Shown here: positions 62,226 through 64,000 of the stretch, piece by piece
Layout: the number at the start of each line of letters is the position of its first letter
Numbering within the stretch: the first letter of the stretch is position 1
From: an uncultured Gemmatimonadales bacterium
GTDB taxonomy: Bacteria; Gemmatimonadota; Gemmatimonadetes; Gemmatimonadales; Gemmatimonadaceae
DNA length: 64,000 nucleotides
Direction of reading: 5' to 3'
Assembly (NCBI GenBank): GCA_963707505.1
Contig: CAVPQB010000004.1
Coordinates: forward strand, 128,001-192,000
Program-made: the position numbers and the translations under genes
Notes under the pieces: model-generated
Told to the model about the DNA's origin: nothing
Databases searched by the model: none
The model's input: only the letters and a program-made list of their open reading frames with translations

Positions 62226-62942
62226 ATGGAGATCCACAAACCACATCCCATTCACAGTTGGCGCGAGTTGCTGAAAGAGGTGGGGATCATCGTGCTCGGC
62301 GTCTTGATCGCGCTCGGCGCGGAACAGAGCGTCGTTGCGCTGCGCGAGCGCCATGCAGCTGACGAAGCGCGCCGAAACGTTCTCGCAGAGGTGCAACTCA
62401 ATCTCGGATTCATCCGCGATCGAGTGAGCAATGAGCCCTGCATTGACCGGCGGATCGACGAGCTGGCCGCTCTGCTCGCCCGCGCGCGCGACGGAGCGCT
62501 CGATCCCGCGCCGACCTGGATTGGACGTCCTAGCATCGACCCCGTCTTCAGCGAGCGCTGGCAGTCCGCCACCGCAAGTGGCCGCTCCAGCCTCTTCGAT
62601 CCCGCGGAGCAGGGCAATTTCGACCTTCTGTACAGCCTCTTGGCCCGCGTCAACGCGCACGAAACGCACGAACAGGTGGCGTGGACGCAACTGCGCACGC
62701 TCGAAACGTGGCCCGGCCCACTCGGCCCGGCCGCACGCCTCGCATTCGCCCAAGCCCTTCAGGAGGCCAGGTACGAAGCGTGGGACCTGAAGCAGGATGC
62801 CGCGTTCGCACTCGGGACTGGCAAATCGCTGGGGATCGAGCTGCCGAAAGCTAGCCATGTGACGACTTCGATCTGCCTTCCGCTCAACACGACGCGGGCG
62901 GATGCAGTTCGCCGCCTCGGGACTCCGTGGGGCGAGCCCTGA
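62226..62942 (+). CDS. Hypothetical membrane-anchored protein
   Basis: AGGAG RBS; HKPHPIHSWRELLKEVGIIVLGVLIAL N-terminal anchor. Confidence 0.7.
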   Translation: MEIHKPHPIHSWRELLKEVGIIVLGVLIALGAEQSVVALRERHAADEARRNVLAEVQLNLGFIRDRVSNEPCIDRRIDELAALLARARDGALDPAPTWIGRPSIDPVFSERWQSATASGRSSLFDPAEQGNFDLLYSLLARVNAHETHEQVAWTQLRTLETWPGPLGPAARLAFAQALQEARYEAWDLKQDAAFALGTGKSLGIELPKASHVTTSICLPLNTTRADAVRRLGTPWGEP

Positions 62943-63200
62943 AGCGTAGTGACCGTGTAACGCCTTGCGTCGTCCGCGGCTGCCGCGGATATTCTGCCCG
63001 GCGGTGCCACTCATCCTCCTGAGCCGAGCGCACACATAGCCACGTCCGCTGAACCAGGATCTGTATGACGCTCCACGAACTCTTCGAGAAGGCTCGCGCT
63101 CGTTGAGTACGTCGGTGACGCGAGTACTGGACTTCTCACATAGTCATCCCTTAATGGCGTGCAGTTACAAGGCCGGTCTATTGCTCCGCGCGCACCCCGC

Positions 63201-64000
63201 ATGAACGCGGACGCCGTCAACCTCGAGCGTCTGATGGGCGCCCTCGCCGACCGTTACGCGATCGAGCGCGAGCTTGGGCAGGGTGGAATGGCCACGGTCT
63301 ACCTGGCACGCGACCTGAAGCACGACCGGCATGTCGCGGTGAAGGTGCTTCACCCGGATCTGGCTGCTGTCGTGGGTGCTGCCCGTTTCCTCGCCGAGAT
63401 TCGGACGACGGCAAATCTGCAGCATCCACACATCCTCCCACTTCACGATTCGGGTGACGCCGATGGATATCTCTTCTACGTCATGCCGTACGTGGACGGG
63501 GAAACGCTTCGCACCCGGCTCACCCGCGAACGTCAGCTTCCGATCGCCGATGCGGTGAGGATCGCACGCGAGGTGGCAAGCGCGCTCGATTACGCACATC
63601 GTCATGGTGTTATCCACCGCGACGTGAAGCCTGAGAACGTGCTGCTTCACGACGGCAGTGCACTCGTAGCTGATTTCGGTATCGCACTCGCAGTGCAGCA
63701 GGCTGGTGGCGTTCGCATGACACAGACCGGCCTGTCGCTCGGCACTCCGCAGTACATGTCGCCCGAGCAGGCCATGGGTGAGAAGACCATCGATGCGCGC
63801 ACCGACATCTACGCCCTCGGCGCCGTGACATACGAAATGCTCTGCGGCGACCCGCCGTTCACCGGTTCGAGCGTGCAGGCGATAGTCGCGAAAATGATGA
63901 CTGAGCGTCCCACACCGCTCAGCACTCTGCGCGACACCGTGCCGGCGAATGTTGAGGATGCTGTACTGACCGCACTCGCAAAGTTGCCCGCCGATCGCTT
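63201..64000 (+). CDS. Hanks-type Ser/Thr kinase (partial, runs off the window)
   Basis: Read from ATG 63201: LGQGGMATVYLARD..VAVKV..HRDVKPEN..ADFG..GTPQYMSPE; absent from the ORF track because it has no stop. Confidence 0.93.
   Translation, partial: MNADAVNLERLMGALADRYAIERELGQGGMATVYLARDLKHDRHVAVKVLHPDLAAVVGAARFLAEIRTTANLQHPHILPLHDSGDADGYLFYVMPYVDGETLRTRLTRERQLPIADAVRIAREVASALDYAHRHGVIHRDVKPENVLLHDGSALVADFGIALAVQQAGGVRMTQTGLSLGTPQYMSPEQAMGEKTIDARTDIYALGAVTYEMLCGDPPFTGSSVQAIVAKMMTERPTPLSTLRDTVPANVEDAVLTALAKLPADR

Overview
GC-rich bacterial DNA. Hanks kinases with TolB-like propellers, a BTAD-TPR regulator, a PEP-CTERM protein and many secreted enzymes suggest Gemmatimonadota (inference). The left half (1-35 kb) is mostly ordinary stress, peptidase and transport genes: Dps, CPA1 antiporter, Ada/AlkA, M16 pair, tandem M42, GltP, serine hydrolase, ArsR-SRPBCC, NRAMP-like, SSS/DUF3311, LLM, amidohydrolase and amidase. 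The right half is accessory and mosaic. Three co-oriented 3' remnants of queG lie at about 35.1, 48.2 and 54.3 kb; the two longer ones break at the same codon behind a shared ~55-bp non-queG leader. Between two remnants is a ~6-kb module (GNAT with Cys-rich tail, membrane protein, FMO, AraC, a 15-Cys two-domain metallothionein-like peptide, a YtkA-like lipoprotein and a MauG/MbnH-like di-heme enzyme) whose units share a CAGCC-N5-GTTCAA upstream motif. Also present are a cluster of gene remnants (VOC, oxalate decarboxylase, an internally deleted GH79 copy), two DUF3494 ice-binding proteins with an OmpA protein, and two Ser/Thr kinases. Several single-base frameshifts look like long-read indel errors. 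No rRNA, tRNA, CRISPR array, integrase or transposase was recognised. All family calls are by eye from motifs; no searches were run.
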